Below are positions 7,960-18,311 of a stretch of DNA of 32,323 nt, piece after piece. The notes below the pieces were generated by a model, which did not search any database, was not told where the DNA came from, and saw only the letters and a program-made list of their open reading frames with translations. Source of the DNA: Halodesulfurarchaeum sp. (GTDB lineage: Archaea; Halobacteriota; Halobacteria; Halobacteriales; Halobacteriaceae); the NCBI GenBank assembly GCA_042216015.1, contig JBDGUI010000035.1, positions 1 to 32,323 of the forward strand. Direction: 5' to 3'. Each line of letters begins with the position of its first letter. The first letter of the stretch is position 1. The position numbers were made by a program, and so were the translations under genes.

Positions 7960-9162
7960 ATGGCCGGGCGTGTTGCCTACGAACCCGCGAGCGTGAAAGA
8001 CCTCCTCGCGGAGATGAAAGACACGGCCGAACTCCTCATCGATCTCTCCTACTCGGCGGTACTCCACGGCAGTGACGCCATCGCGGAGGAGGTGCTGGCG
8101 CTCGAGGAGCGGATGGACGTCCTCCAGATTCGGGCCCGGATGAGCCTCCTCATGGCCGCCCGGAACCCGGAGGACGCCGAATCGCTGGCACCGGTTCTGG
8201 GCATCACCGGGGCCGCCGAGAAGGTGAGCGACGCCGCCGGGGACATCGCGAAGGTGGTCCTCGAGGACATCGGACTCCCGGCGGATATGCGGGCCTCCCT
8301 GCCGGTGGCCGTCGAGACGCTCGTCAGGGCCAATCTCGGTTCGGATTCGCCCTATTCCGGTCGAACGCTCGGAGAGATCAACCTCGAAACGGAGACCGGA
8401 GTCAGGGTGATCGCCATCCGTCGCGGGGGGGATTGGGTGCTCAATCCCTCGGCGGAGACGACCCTCGAATCGGGGGACGTCCTCCTGTTGCGCGGGCCGG
8501 AATCGGGGATCGACTCGGTGTACGAACGGGCGAGTGGGGAACCCTACGAACCCCCCTCGATCCCCGAGGTCGAGGACCCGGACCTCGATCGGGCGGTCTC
8601 CTCCCTCGTGCTCATGAAGAACATGAGCGAACTGGCGGTGGATCTCGCCTACGGGAGCGTGCTCTACGACAGCGACCCGCTGGCCGAGGAGGTCGTCGAA
8701 CTCGAGGCCGAGGTCGACGCCCTGAAATCCCGCTTCGAGGCCTGGATCCTCCGGGCGGCTGGCCGATCCAGCGACCCCGTCTCGCTGCGGGGACTGGTCC
8801 ACATCGCCCAGAGCACGGAGGTCATCAGCGATGCGGCCCTGGAGATCAGCGAGGGGGTTCTTCGCGGGTTGGACTCACACGTCGTCGTCCAGGAGGCCGT
8901 CGAGGAATCCGACGAGGTCATCACCCGGGTGACCGTCGAAGCCGGGAGTGCCCTGGACGGCACCACTCTCGGCGAACGGGCCGTCAAAACCGAGACTGGC
9001 ATGCGCGTGACGGCGGTCCGCAGGCCGGTCGAGGGCGGCGACGAGTGGGAGATCCAGCCGGGACCGGAGACCGAACTCCGGGCGGGGGACGTGTTGCTGG
9101 CGAACGGGACCCGAAGCGGGGCCGAAATTCTCGAGACACTCGCGACCGAACCGGCCCGGTAG
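7960..9162 (+). CDS. PhoU/TrkA-C (RCK-C) tandem-domain protein, putative K+ transport regulator
   Basis: Start reassigned to MAGRVAYEP. Internal duplication: MKDTAELLIDLSYS / MKNMSELAVDLAYG helical domains, each followed by a G.TLGE..ETG.RV.A.RR TrkA-C domain. Confidence 0.85.
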   Translation: MAGRVAYEPASVKDLLAEMKDTAELLIDLSYSAVLHGSDAIAEEVLALEERMDVLQIRARMSLLMAARNPEDAESLAPVLGITGAAEKVSDAAGDIAKVVLEDIGLPADMRASLPVAVETLVRANLGSDSPYSGRTLGEINLETETGVRVIAIRRGGDWVLNPSAETTLESGDVLLLRGPESGIDSVYERASGEPYEPPSIPEVEDPDLDRAVSSLVLMKNMSELAVDLAYGSVLYDSDPLAEEVVELEAEVDALKSRFEAWILRAAGRSSDPVSLRGLVHIAQSTEVISDAALEISEGVLRGLDSHVVVQEAVEESDEVITRVTVEAGSALDGTTLGERAVKTETGMRVTAVRRPVEGGDEWEIQPGPETELRAGDVLLANGTRSGAEILETLATEPAR

Positions 9163-9236
9163 CCAAGCCCGAATCGGCTCGAAGGACTACGAGGCCGAGC
9201 CCGGACCGGCTCGAACGACCACGGGGCCGAACCCGA
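9162..9236. repeat. Degenerate 32-bp tandem repeat (2 units plus a partial third)
   Basis: 9162-9193 and 9194-9225 match at 26/32 positions; unit 2 contains a GAGCC-N6-GGCTC inverted repeat (AAGCC-N6-GGCTC in unit 1). Confidence 0.6.
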
Positions 9237-9322
9237 TTTTCCAGGGTCGAATCGACCCGATGGCCGACTCCGGACCGCTTGGACCGAACCGTACAAGGGC
9301 CCCGCGGACGCCTCTTTTGCCA

Positions 9323-10276
9323 ATGCACTCGCTGGGTACGGCGGAGGCGGCGCCGGGGGAGCGAGCGACCGGCGAACTTCACGTGGGCGAGGCCCGCGAC
9401 GGCTCGACGCTCGGACTTCCGGTTGCCGTGGTCAACGGGGCCGGGGATGGACGGACGCTTCATCTGCAGGCCGTGAGCGACGGCGACGAACTCAACGGCC
9501 TCGGGGTGCTCATCCGATTGCTTCCCACGCTCGATCCGGAGGAAATTTCGGGCACGATCACGGTGATCGCCATCGCGAACATTCACGGGTACCGCGTTGC
9601 CGAGCACCGCAACCCGATCGACGACACGAAGTTGAACCGGGCCTACCCCGGCGATCCGGAGGGCAGTTCCTCGGACCGAATCGCGGCGGCGACCTTCCAG
9701 CCGGCCCGCGAGGCCGACCTGATAATCGACCTCCACCAGGGATCGACCAGCCGAATGATCGACGAGACGCGGGTGCGCTGCGGTCGCCATCACCGCCTTC
9801 ACGACGAGTGTCTCGAACTCGCACGGGTCTTCGACGCCGGCCACGTCCTCGACCAGCAGGGCCCGGACGGCCAACTGGCCAGGGTCGGCCCCGACGCCGG
9901 CGTGCCGACCATCGACCCGGAACTCGGGGGAACCGTCGGCTGGGATCAGGAGAGCATCGAAGTGGGGGTTCGAGGGGTGAACCGGGTTCTCGAGTACTAT
10001 GGATTTCTCGAGGGGGAGGCGACCCCCACCGATCAGGTCCGAGCTACGGGATTCGATCGGTATGGGGCCCCAGCTGGTGGGGTGGTACGATTCGAACAGT
10101 CGCTGGGCGAGCGGGTCGAGATCGGCGAACCCCTGTTCGTCGTGCTCGATCCCTTCGGCGACGAGAAAACCCGCGTCGAGGCCGAACAGGGCGGGATCTT
10201 CTGGCGTGCACGGCGACTCCCGCAGGTCGCGACCGGCGAGTACGTCTGCTCGGTCGGGACGGGGATCGAGGGCTGA
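9323..10276 (+). CDS. Succinylglutamate desuccinylase/aspartoacylase (M14-like) family protein
   Basis: DGDELNG, KLNRAYPG, IDLH, PELGG, C-terminal barrel-sandwich domain. Start reassigned to MHSLGTAEAAPG. Confidence 0.87.
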   Translation: MHSLGTAEAAPGERATGELHVGEARDGSTLGLPVAVVNGAGDGRTLHLQAVSDGDELNGLGVLIRLLPTLDPEEISGTITVIAIANIHGYRVAEHRNPIDDTKLNRAYPGDPEGSSSDRIAAATFQPAREADLIIDLHQGSTSRMIDETRVRCGRHHRLHDECLELARVFDAGHVLDQQGPDGQLARVGPDAGVPTIDPELGGTVGWDQESIEVGVRGVNRVLEYYGFLEGEATPTDQVRATGFDRYGAPAGGVVRFEQSLGERVEIGEPLFVVLDPFGDEKTRVEAEQGGIFWRARRLPQVATGEYVCSVGTGIEG

Positions 10277-11373
10277 TGCCGCCGGGGCTCGTCTGTCCGG
10301 ACTGCGACAGGACGTACGATGCCGGGCCCAGAGAACCGTGGCGGTGTGTCTGTGGCTCGCCTCTGGAACTGGACGCGACGCTCGCACCCGGCACTCCCCC
10401 CGCACAGCTCGACCGGGATCGGGGACTCTGGGCCTTCGACTCGCTCATCCCGGTCGATCGGCGGGTCACGCTCGGGGAGGGATTCACGCCGCTCGTCGAG
10501 GCGCCGAACTGGGATGCCTCGTTCAAACTCGAGTACGTCTTCCCCTCCGGCAGCTTCAAGGACCGCGGAGCCACGACCATCCTCTCGCGGGCGGCGGCAC
10601 TCGGCGTCGACCGGGTGATCGAGGACTCCTCGGGGAATGCCGGCGCGGCCATCGCGCTGTACGCCGCACGCGCGGGCATCCCCGCCGATATCTACGTCCC
10701 CGAGGGGATCAAACCCGCCAAGCGCGCCGCCATCGCCGGAACCGGAGCGACCGTCCGCGAGGTGTCAGGGACCCGCTCGGCCGTGAGCGAGGCCGCCCGG
10801 GAGGCCGCCGAATCGGGGCCGGGATGGTACGCGAGTCACGCCTGGAACCCGGCCTTCTACGCGGGCACCGCGACGGTGGCCTACGAGATCGCCGTCAATC
10901 GGGACTTCGATCTCCCCGAGGCGATCGTTGCCCCGATCGGACACGGAACCCTCTACCTCGGGCTGTATCGAGGGTTTTCCACCCTGAGAGACGCCGGCTG
11001 GATCGATGAACTCCCCCGTCTGCTGGGGGTGCAGGCCACCGGTGTGGCGCCAATCGCGACCGCCCTCGGGGCGGACCGATCCGGCGCCCCCCGGAACGAC
11101 CTGGCAGACGGGATTCAGATCGCCGAGCCGGTCCGGGCGGGGGAGATCCGGCGGGCAGTCCGGGCGACCGCCGGCGACGTGGTCGCCGTCGACGAGTCGG
11201 CCACCCGCTCGGCGTGGCGGGCGCTCCACCGGGCCGGGTTCCACGTCGAACCGACGAGTGCCGTGGCGGTCGCCGGGCTCGAGGCGTTCAGGGAGCGGGG
11301 TTTGGATCCGGCTGCAGACATCGTTGTCCCGCTCACCGGGAGCGGCCTGAAAGCTGGACCTGATGAAACGTAG
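10276..11373 (+). CDS. thrC: Threonine synthase-like PLP-dependent enzyme
   Basis: TGATG overlap with the upstream gene. N-terminal CPDC...CVC, LGEGFTPL, PSGSFKDRG, DSSGNAG, VEPTSA, LTGSGLK. Confidence 0.85.
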   Translation: MPPGLVCPDCDRTYDAGPREPWRCVCGSPLELDATLAPGTPPAQLDRDRGLWAFDSLIPVDRRVTLGEGFTPLVEAPNWDASFKLEYVFPSGSFKDRGATTILSRAAALGVDRVIEDSSGNAGAAIALYAARAGIPADIYVPEGIKPAKRAAIAGTGATVREVSGTRSAVSEAAREAAESGPGWYASHAWNPAFYAGTATVAYEIAVNRDFDLPEAIVAPIGHGTLYLGLYRGFSTLRDAGWIDELPRLLGVQATGVAPIATALGADRSGAPRNDLADGIQIAEPVRAGEIRRAVRATAGDVVAVDESATRSAWRALHRAGFHVEPTSAVAVAGLEAFRERGLDPAADIVVPLTGSGLKAGPDET

Positions 11374-11387
11374 TCGATGATCGGCGG

Positions 11388-11573
11388 CTATCGCATCTCG
11401 GCGAGGTCGACGAATGCTCCCTCCTCTGCCGTCATCCATCGGGTCATGAGGGCGTCCTCGTCACAGCTCGTGGGGTAGAGTGTGCACTCCGCGCCGCCCG
11501 CGTAATCCTCGATGCGGTGGGCGAGGTCCCCGCGTTCGCTGTCCCCCTCATAGGTACCGGAATGACGGGACAT
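11388..11573 (-). CDS. Small haloarchaeal hypothetical protein
   Basis: 61 aa, acidic, with an ECTLYP...MTRWMTA...FVDL pattern typical of a widespread small haloarchaeal family. Confidence 0.7.
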   Translation of the reverse strand: MSRHSGTYEGDSERGDLAHRIEDYAGGAECTLYPTSCDEDALMTRWMTAEEGAFVDLAEMR

Positions 11574-11773
11574 ACCACACCCTACGAGGCGGACTGATTT
11601 GTAAGTGCACGGTTCATCTTCACATAAAGCCGTTTCGAGGGAGCGAGACCCGTTCTCTCAGTCCCCGTGAAACGCTGAGGAACGCGGGATTGGCGGGCCC
11701 GTCGGTCGGGTGTCCGACGCCATTCAAGTACCCACCGTGCCGGGTGGTTCCTGCCCGGTTCGAAAAACTGTAG

Positions 11774-13033
11774 TCACCGCTCCGGATGGACCGGCGCGTC
11801 GAACCCCCCTCGCGCGAGCGGCCTGGCGATGTGCCGGCGAGCGCAGGGGGGCACCTCGTACCAGCCCGGCTCGAGGGATCGGTCGAGCGGGCGGATTGCC
11901 TTCGAGTCCGCCTCGGTCCCACACTCCCGGCAGCGGTAGCCCTGGTTCGCGCCGGCACTTTCCATCCGCCGCCCGCAGGACGGGCAGGTCGGGGTCACCG
12001 CCTCCTCCTCGATCAGTTCCCGCACCGCGAACTTCTCGAGCTTGAGCGTCCCGTCCCCGACCTCGCCGGCCACGGTGATCCGGTCCCCGACCCGGAGCGC
12101 GCGGACCCGGTCCCGGAATCGCTTGGTGGGCTCGAAAGCGATACAGGGGAGCCGGCCGGTCTCGTCGGCGATCTCGAGGAACACGTGGCCGCCGGAGCGG
12201 GTCTCCGGCGCTTCGACGACCCGACCCGTGACCCGGTAGGCCCGGTCGGCCTGCACCTCGTCGACCGCGGCGTCGGCGAGGTGGACGTCAGTCCCTTGGT
12301 TCGTTTCGAAGAGCGCCCGCCGGTGAACGGGCTCCGAGTCGATGCCGGCGGCCACCCGGGCGACGGCATTCGGATCGTCCCCCCGAATGCCGTACAGGAT
12401 CGGCCCGGGGGCGTTCGGGACACAGACCGCCTCGTCCTCGCCGCGGTCGACGGTGTCCCACGCGAGCGGGTACTGCGCGGCCGCCGCGTCGAAAACCGAG
12501 TCCCGGTCGATCCCGCGGGGGGTTCCCCAGCGCTCGGGCTCGCGATACGCGATATACTCGTAGGTCCACTCCTCGAGCGCGGCGCTGGCCCCGACGGCGG
12601 CCAGAGCGCCGATCGTGCCCCGTGCCTGCTTCCACCCGGCACTTCGATACCCCGCCGCATCGATCAGGTCCCGGGCGGTGTCCCGGTCGAGAATCTCGCG
12701 GATCGCTCGCTCCCCGAACTCCTGCACGGCGGGATCGATTGGTTCCTCGGCCACGACGATTCCCGGGTGAGTCCGCTCGTCCGCGAGCACGGCGAGCGAT
12801 TCGACGACCGCCCTCGCGGTTTCGAGCGCCCGCGACGGGTTCGCGTCGGTCCGGATCGCGAGCGCCGCGTTTCCCCGCGTCTTGTGCTTCACGGCGGGGT
12901 TGAGCCGCACCAGCCGCAGGCCCTCGATCCGGGCCCCGTCGCGGTGGAGCGCCTCGGCGACCGTGGTCGCGACGTAGGTCGTACACATCCCCTTCTCGCG
13001 GGAGTCCGTGTCGTCGAGCGCGAGGATGGTCAC
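11774..13033 (-). CDS. tiaS: tRNA(Ile2) 2-agmatinylcytidine synthetase
   Basis: DDTDS...GMCTT, LVRLNP..KHKTRGN, TNQGTD, OB fold (GGHVF, AFEPTK), C-terminal CPSC/CREC zinc ribbon. GTG start 25-30 nt downstream of CTTAAG. Confidence 0.93.
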   Translation of the reverse strand: MTILALDDTDSREKGMCTTYVATTVAEALHRDGARIEGLRLVRLNPAVKHKTRGNAALAIRTDANPSRALETARAVVESLAVLADERTHPGIVVAEEPIDPAVQEFGERAIREILDRDTARDLIDAAGYRSAGWKQARGTIGALAAVGASAALEEWTYEYIAYREPERWGTPRGIDRDSVFDAAAAQYPLAWDTVDRGEDEAVCVPNAPGPILYGIRGDDPNAVARVAAGIDSEPVHRRALFETNQGTDVHLADAAVDEVQADRAYRVTGRVVEAPETRSGGHVFLEIADETGRLPCIAFEPTKRFRDRVRALRVGDRITVAGEVGDGTLKLEKFAVRELIEEEAVTPTCPSCGRRMESAGANQGYRCRECGTEADSKAIRPLDRSLEPGWYEVPPCARRHIARPLARGGFDAPVHPER

Positions 13034-13165
13034 GGCAGGCGGTTGGTGGTCGGTCACCTTAAGCGGCCCGCGACTTGCTTGTTTGTGGTCCACCCGAGAA
13101 ACCCCACGCAAACGCCGTCCCCCGCCCACAATGCATATAGGGGTCGAGTACCCTACGATCCCGTA

Positions 13166-14128
13166 ATGTCACGTTCGGCGCTCATCGACAACCTCACCGC
13201 GATGCTGTCGGATGCGGGCTTTTCGGTGAGCGACCGGTGTTCGACCCGCCCGAAGAGCTTCGATCTGGCCGCCCGACGCGGGGAGGACCTCCTCCTCGTG
13301 AAGATCCTGGGGAACATCGACGCCTTCGACGGGCCGACGGGACGAGAGATGCGCCGGGTCGGCGCCTATCTTCGTGGAACCCCGATGGTCATCGGCCTTC
13401 GAACGCGGGATGAGCCCCTCGACCCCGGGGTGGTCTACTTCAGACACGGGGTGCCGGTGCTCAACCCGGACACCGCGATGGACCTGTTCGTCCACGGCGT
13501 CCCGCCACTGATCTATGCGGCCCCCGGTGGGCTCTACGTCAACATCGACGGCGACGTGCTCGCGGACGAGCGCGAGGAGCGGGGCTGGAGTCTGGGCCGA
13601 CTCGCGACCGAGCTCGGTGTCTCACGGCGGACGGTCTCGAAGTACGAGGACGGGATGAACGCCAGTGTCGAGGTCGCCGCCCACCTCGACGAACTCTTCG
13701 ACCGCGATCTCACGAGCCCGGTGTCGGTCCTCGACGGGGCCGAGGACATCCGCGACGCCGAACCGACCCCCGAGGACCCCGACGCGGACCCGGAGGATCG
13801 ACCGATCGTGGCGATGCTCACCCGAGTCGGGTTCGACGTCCATCCGACCGTCAGGGCCCCGTTCAAGGCGGTGAGCGAGGAGACTGAGGGCGAGGAGACG
13901 CTCATCACCGGCCACTCCGCGTTCACCGACGCCGCGGTGAAGCGTGCCCGGATCATGGGATCGTTGCGCGAGGTCATCCACACCCGTTCGGTGTATTTCG
14001 TGGATGAGGCCCAGTCCGAGTCGGTCGAGGGAACGGCGATCATCGAACGCGACGAGGCCGATGACGTGGAGGACTCCGAGGAATTCCACGACCTCATCCG
14101 GGCAAGGGGCGGGTCGCCGGACGCCTAA
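13166..14128 (+). CDS. Archaeal Cro/C1-type HTH transcriptional regulator (COG1395-like)
   Basis: Start [52 protein letters not shown]. Divergent from tiaS. Confidence 0.87.
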   Translation: MSRSALIDNLTAMLSDAGFSVSDRCSTRPKSFDLAARRGEDLLLVKILGNIDAFDGPTGREMRRVGAYLRGTPMVIGLRTRDEPLDPGVVYFRHGVPVLNPDTAMDLFVHGVPPLIYAAPGGLYVNIDGDVLADEREERGWSLGRLATELGVSRRTVSKYEDGMNASVEVAAHLDELFDRDLTSPVSVLDGAEDIRDAEPTPEDPDADPEDRPIVAMLTRVGFDVHPTVRAPFKAVSEETEGEETLITGHSAFTDAAVKRARIMGSLREVIHTRSVYFVDEAQSESVEGTAIIERDEADDVEDSEEFHDLIRARGGSPDA

Positions 14129-14556
14129 TCGGTCCCGGACGTGCCCGTCTCCTCCGGCTCGAACGAAAGCGCGACGGAGTTGATGCAGTATCGTTTCTCC
14201 GTGGGCTCGGGCCCGTCCTCGAAGACGTGGCCGAGGTGGCCGCCACAGGTGCCACAGCGGACCTCCAGTCGCTCCATGCCGCCTCTCGTGTCCACCGCCG
14301 TCTCGACCGCGCCCGATTCGGCCACATCGTAAAAACTCGGCCAGCCCGAGTTCGAGTCGAACTTCTCCTCGGTCTCGAAGAGCACGGTGCCACAGCCGGC
14401 ACATTCGAAGACCCCGGATCCCACGACGTCCAGAAGCTCTCCGCTGAATTTCGGTTCGGTGCCCCGTTCCCGGAGTACCCGGTAGGCCGCCTCGCTCAGC
14501 ACCTCGCGCCACTCCGCCTCGGTCCGTTCTCCAGGGGGTGTGGTGGATGGGTCCAT
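14125..14556 (-). CDS. msrB: Peptide-methionine (R)-S-oxide reductase
   Basis: [16 protein letters not shown] zinc sites, GWPSF, HLGHVF.DGP, RYCINS. Confidence 0.95.
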   Translation of the reverse strand: MDPSTTPPGERTEAEWREVLSEAAYRVLRERGTEPKFSGELLDVVGSGVFECAGCGTVLFETEEKFDSNSGWPSFYDVAESGAVETAVDTRGGMERLEVRCGTCGGHLGHVFEDGPEPTEKRYCINSVALSFEPEETGTSGTD

Positions 14557-14651
14557 GCTTCACAGCGGGGTTGGCGAGGGAAGTCTCTGGGGGTCCTCCT
14601 CCCCGTTCGCCGGTTTTCGACCACTCGGTCGCCGAAGAACCTCCGCCGAAC

Positions 14652-14990
14652 TCAGACCGCCCCCAACTCCACCAGTCGCTCGGCGTGTCCGGCCCGCGCG
14701 AGGAACACCTCCCGGAGTTCCGGCGGATTCTCGACGTTCGCCGACTCGAGGACCCGCTCGGGCACCGCGAGTGCGCCCTCCGGCACCGAGGCGTCGGGGT
14801 GGACGGTGAAGTGGCTGTTCGCGAGTTTCATCACCAGCGGGCGGTCGAGTCGCTCGATCCCCTCGCCCGTGGCGTAGAGTTCTCGGTTCACGCTCTCGTG
14901 CTGGGCTTCCTGCAACACGGCCTCCTCGCCCTCGCTCGGTGCGACGTACAGCCGACCGAGGTAGTAGCCGCTCGAGAACGGTGCGAACAT
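14652..14990 (-). CDS. Conserved haloarchaeal hypothetical protein (DUF5802-like)
   Basis: Start MFAPFSSGYYLGRLYV, PLVMKL motif, 112 aa. Confidence 0.75.
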   Translation of the reverse strand: MFAPFSSGYYLGRLYVAPSEGEEAVLQEAQHESVNRELYATGEGIERLDRPLVMKLANSHFTVHPDASVPEGALAVPERVLESANVENPPELREVFLARAGHAERLVELGAV

Positions 14991-15076
14991 GTGTGATAAC
15001 AACTACCACGCGAATATAAATCCGTCGGCGGGTGCACAGACATCCTTTTCCCCGGGGATCCCCGAACCAGTCGTAG

Positions 15077-15754
15077 ATGGATTCTGGGGCGCTGCTGGAC
15101 ATTCTGGGCAACGAGAACCGCAGGCGGATCCTGCGTCTCCTCGCGCACAAGCCCAGTTACGTCACCGAGATCAGCGAGTACCTAGAGGTGAGTCCCAAGG
15201 CGGTCATCGACCACCTCCGACGACTCGACGACGCCGGGCTGGTCGAGAGCCACGTCGACGATCGCCGCCGGAAGTACTTCCACATCGCCCAGAACCTCCG
15301 CCTCGAGGTGCAGGTCTCCCCGTATGACTTCGCCGCGAAGAGCGCGTATCCCGCGAGTGCGGACCTCGATCTGGGTCGGTGTGCCCACCTGCAGGTGACC
15401 ACGGAGTTCGACCGGCAGGACGACGTGGCTTCGCTGGCCCGCCGGCTGGACCAGCTCCGCGAACTCGAACGGGAACTCTCGATGGCCCAGCGGTGGGTGC
15501 AGGGCCGACTCACCGAGGTACAGGCCGAACTCGCGGAGACGATCGACGGCGAGAACGGTGGGCACCTCACCGCCGAACTTCTCTCCGCGCTGGCCGGGGA
15601 AACCCGCACGACGGGGGCGCTCGCCCGCGAGGTCGAGGTGCCCGAGGAACTGGTCGAGACGGTACTCTCGCGGCTCGCGGATCGGGGGGCGGTCGTCCGG
15701 GTCGACGGGACGTGGCGGATTGCTCCGGGCGAGTCCGGGCGAACGCCCGAGTAG
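15077..15754 (+). CDS. ArsR-family transcriptional regulator with C-terminal coiled coil and second wHTH
   Basis: LDILGNENRRRILRLL, VSPKAVIDHLRRL, RRKYF. Confidence 0.88.
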   Translation: MDSGALLDILGNENRRRILRLLAHKPSYVTEISEYLEVSPKAVIDHLRRLDDAGLVESHVDDRRRKYFHIAQNLRLEVQVSPYDFAAKSAYPASADLDLGRCAHLQVTTEFDRQDDVASLARRLDQLRELERELSMAQRWVQGRLTEVQAELAETIDGENGGHLTAELLSALAGETRTTGALAREVEVPEELVETVLSRLADRGAVVRVDGTWRIAPGESGRTPE

Positions 15755-15789
15755 ATGGTTTCAAGGGTCGAGGCCGAATACCCCAGTCC

Positions 15790-17031
15790 ATGAACCCAGG
15801 GGATCGCGTCCGCGTCGAGCGGGCCGGACAGCGCCACGAGGGGATCGTCATGCCCTCCTCGACGCCGGAGTATCTGGTCGTGAAACTCGAAAGCGGGTAC
15901 AACGTCGGGGTCGACCGGGAGGAAGCCGACGTCGACCTCCTCGAGGCGGACGTTTACGACGTCAGGGAGGGCGAACCCACCGAGCAATCGACGGTCACCT
16001 TCGACGAGGACCTGCCGACCGTCTCGCTTTTGACCACCGGCGGAACGATCGCCTCGACGGTGGACTACCGGACCGGCGCCGTGACCGCCCAGTTCGACGC
16101 GGAGGACGTGCTCCGGGCGGTCCCCGAACTGGCCGGCATGGCGAACTACCGGGGCCGGGTGGTCCGGAACATCCTCTCGGAGAACATGACCCCGGCGGTC
16201 TGGCAGGACCTCGCCGAGGTCGTCCTCGAGGAGATCGAGGCCGGTGCGGACGGCGTCGTCGTGATGCACGGGACCGACACGATGCAGTACAGCGCGAGTG
16301 CCCTCTCCTTCATGCTCGACACGCCGGTCCCCATCGTCTTCACCGGGAGCCAGCGCTCGGCTGATCGCCCCTCCTCCGACAACGTGGTCAACGCCGTGGG
16401 AGCCGTGAAGGCCGCGCTCTCCGACGCCGCCGAGGTCATGATCGCGATGCATGCGACCAGTTCCGACGACAGAGTCGCGTTGCACCGCGGCACGCGCGCC
16501 CGGAAGAATCACACCTCCCGGAGGGACGCCTTCGAGACCGTCGGGGCGAAGCCGCTCGGCGAGGTCGACTACGGCACGGGGGAGGTGACCTTCCGCCGGG
16601 AGTACCGCGAACGGGACGCAGTCGAACCCTCGCTCAAACCCGAACTCGAGACCGAGGTCGAACTCGTGAAGTTCTCGCCCGGGATGGACCCGACCTGTCT
16701 CGCCATGGTCCGGGAGAAGGTGGGGGTGATCATCGAGGGCACGGGTCTCGGTCACGTACACACGGACCTGATCGACGAACTCGATACCCTGACCGACCGG
16801 GGCACGACGGTCGTCATGACGAGCCAGTGTCTGGAGGGCCGGGTCTGTGATCGGGTCTATGACACCGGTCGGGACATCCTCGCGGCGGGAGTCATCGAGG
16901 GCGAGGACATGCTCCCAGGGACGGCTCTGGTGAAACTCATGTGGGTGCTCGCCAACCGGGCCGACGTAAGGGAGGCGATGGGGACCTCCCTGGCGGGCGA
17001 ACTGACCGACCGCTCGGTCCCCTGGATATGA
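15790..17031 (+). CDS. gatD: Glu-tRNA(Gln) amidotransferase subunit D
   Basis: KLESGYNVG N-domain, TGGTIAS, HGTDT, GSQRSADRPSSD, RKNHTSRRDAF, GTGLGH. Start MNPGDRV. Confidence 0.95.
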   Translation: MNPGDRVRVERAGQRHEGIVMPSSTPEYLVVKLESGYNVGVDREEADVDLLEADVYDVREGEPTEQSTVTFDEDLPTVSLLTTGGTIASTVDYRTGAVTAQFDAEDVLRAVPELAGMANYRGRVVRNILSENMTPAVWQDLAEVVLEEIEAGADGVVVMHGTDTMQYSASALSFMLDTPVPIVFTGSQRSADRPSSDNVVNAVGAVKAALSDAAEVMIAMHATSSDDRVALHRGTRARKNHTSRRDAFETVGAKPLGEVDYGTGEVTFRREYRERDAVEPSLKPELETEVELVKFSPGMDPTCLAMVREKVGVIIEGTGLGHVHTDLIDELDTLTDRGTTVVMTSQCLEGRVCDRVYDTGRDILAAGVIEGEDMLPGTALVKLMWVLANRADVREAMGTSLAGELTDRSVPWI

Positions 17032-17933
17032 GAATCCGTCCGGCCCGGGAGGACGACACGGAGGCGGTCGCCGCGTTCACCCAGAACACCTGGGACCGGT
17101 ACGAGGACGGCGACTACCTCTCGAAGATCTTTCCGAAGTGGGCCACGGCGGAGGGGCCCGGCCAGCAGACCTACATCGCCGCGTGCGAGGACACGCCGAT
17201 CGGACTCGTCCGGGGGGTCCTGCTCTCCGAGCACGAGGCCTGGTTCCAGGGACTGCGGGTCGATCCGGCCCACCGCAACGAGGGCGTCGGCCGGGAGCTC
17301 ATCCAGGCAGCCTTCGACTGGGCTCGGGAGGCTGGTGCCACGGTCGGACGCGCGATGGTCTTCTCCTGGAACGTGATGGGGCTCGGGCTCACCCGGGCAG
17401 CCGGATTCGATCCGGGCGTGGAGTTCCGCTGGGCCCACCCGGAGCCGGCCGCCGAGGGGACCGTCGCGGCAACCATCACCCACGCGCCGAACGCGGCCTG
17501 GAGCTACTGGCACCAGGCACCGGAGCGGGAGACACTCTCCGGGCTCGCACTCGACGAGGAGGTCCCCTGGGCGCTCTCGGAGTTGACCCGGGCCGACCTG
17601 GAGACCGCGGCCGAGGCCGAATCCCTCCTGGTGATCGAACGCGACCGGGTCGTGGCGATGGCCCCTCGTGTGCGGGTCGTCGAACGCGAGTCCGAGGAGG
17701 GGACACCCACCTGGGCCGAATACGGGGTCGCCGCCTGGGAGGACCTGGCGGCCGCCGGGGATCTCATGGCCGCGATCGCCCGTGACGCAGCGGCGGTCGG
17801 GGCCGACAAAACTCGCGTCCTCGTTCCCGAGACGTCCCGTGCGGTCACGGACGTCGCCGCCCATCGAATCGACCTCGCCGAGGACCCGGACTTCGTCCTC
17901 CGCGTGGACCTCACCCGGTCGTCCTGGGACTGA
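17028..17933 (+). CDS. GNAT-family N-acetyltransferase
   Basis: ATGA overlap with gatD. IRPAREDD and acetyl-CoA motif GLRVDPAHRNEGVG. Confidence 0.85.
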   Translation: MRIRPAREDDTEAVAAFTQNTWDRYEDGDYLSKIFPKWATAEGPGQQTYIAACEDTPIGLVRGVLLSEHEAWFQGLRVDPAHRNEGVGRELIQAAFDWAREAGATVGRAMVFSWNVMGLGLTRAAGFDPGVEFRWAHPEPAAEGTVAATITHAPNAAWSYWHQAPERETLSGLALDEEVPWALSELTRADLETAAEAESLLVIERDRVVAMAPRVRVVERESEEGTPTWAEYGVAAWEDLAAAGDLMAAIARDAAAVGADKTRVLVPETSRAVTDVAAHRIDLAEDPDFVLRVDLTRSSWD

Positions 17934-17963
17934 GTCGGCGATTCGACGGCGCCGCGTCGGCAG

Positions 17964-18236
17964 TCATCCGCCGCTGACCGGTGGAAAGAGCGCCAGTTCC
18001 TCGGCCGATTCGAGCGAGGTGTCCAGACCGTCGAGTCCGCGTACGTCCTCGCCGTCAACGAGGAGGTTGACGTGGGAGACGACCGCGCCGTCCTCGAGAA
18101 CCCGATCCCGGAGTTCGGGGTGGACCTCGAAGAGCGCCTCGAGGGCGTCTTTCGCGGTCGCCCCGTTGCCGAGGTCCACGGCGACCCGCTTCTCGCCGGC
18201 GGTCTCGGCGAGGTCGGCGAAGAGCTTCCATTCCAT
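17964..18236 (-). CDS. samp1: Ubiquitin-like small archaeal modifier protein 1 (MoaD/ThiS fold)
   Basis: MEWKLFADLAE N-terminus and ELALFPPVSGG di-glycine C-terminus. Confidence 0.93.
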   Translation of the reverse strand: MEWKLFADLAETAGEKRVAVDLGNGATAKDALEALFEVHPELRDRVLEDGAVVSHVNLLVDGEDVRGLDGLDTSLESAEELALFPPVSGG

Positions 18237-18311
18237 ACCCGGGATTCGGCGTCCGGGGCAAAGAGACTTTCAGTCTCCGAGCCACCGACGTATTCGGCGC
18301 GCTCCAACCGA

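Noticed and set aside
11786..14128. 780-aa ORF as a fusion protein
   Set aside because: The first 460 codons are antisense to tiaS; the real gene starts at ATG 13166 behind its own TATA-like box.
15790..17031. L-asparaginase
   Set aside because: The N-terminal KLESGYNVG domain and SQRSADRPSSD identify GatD.
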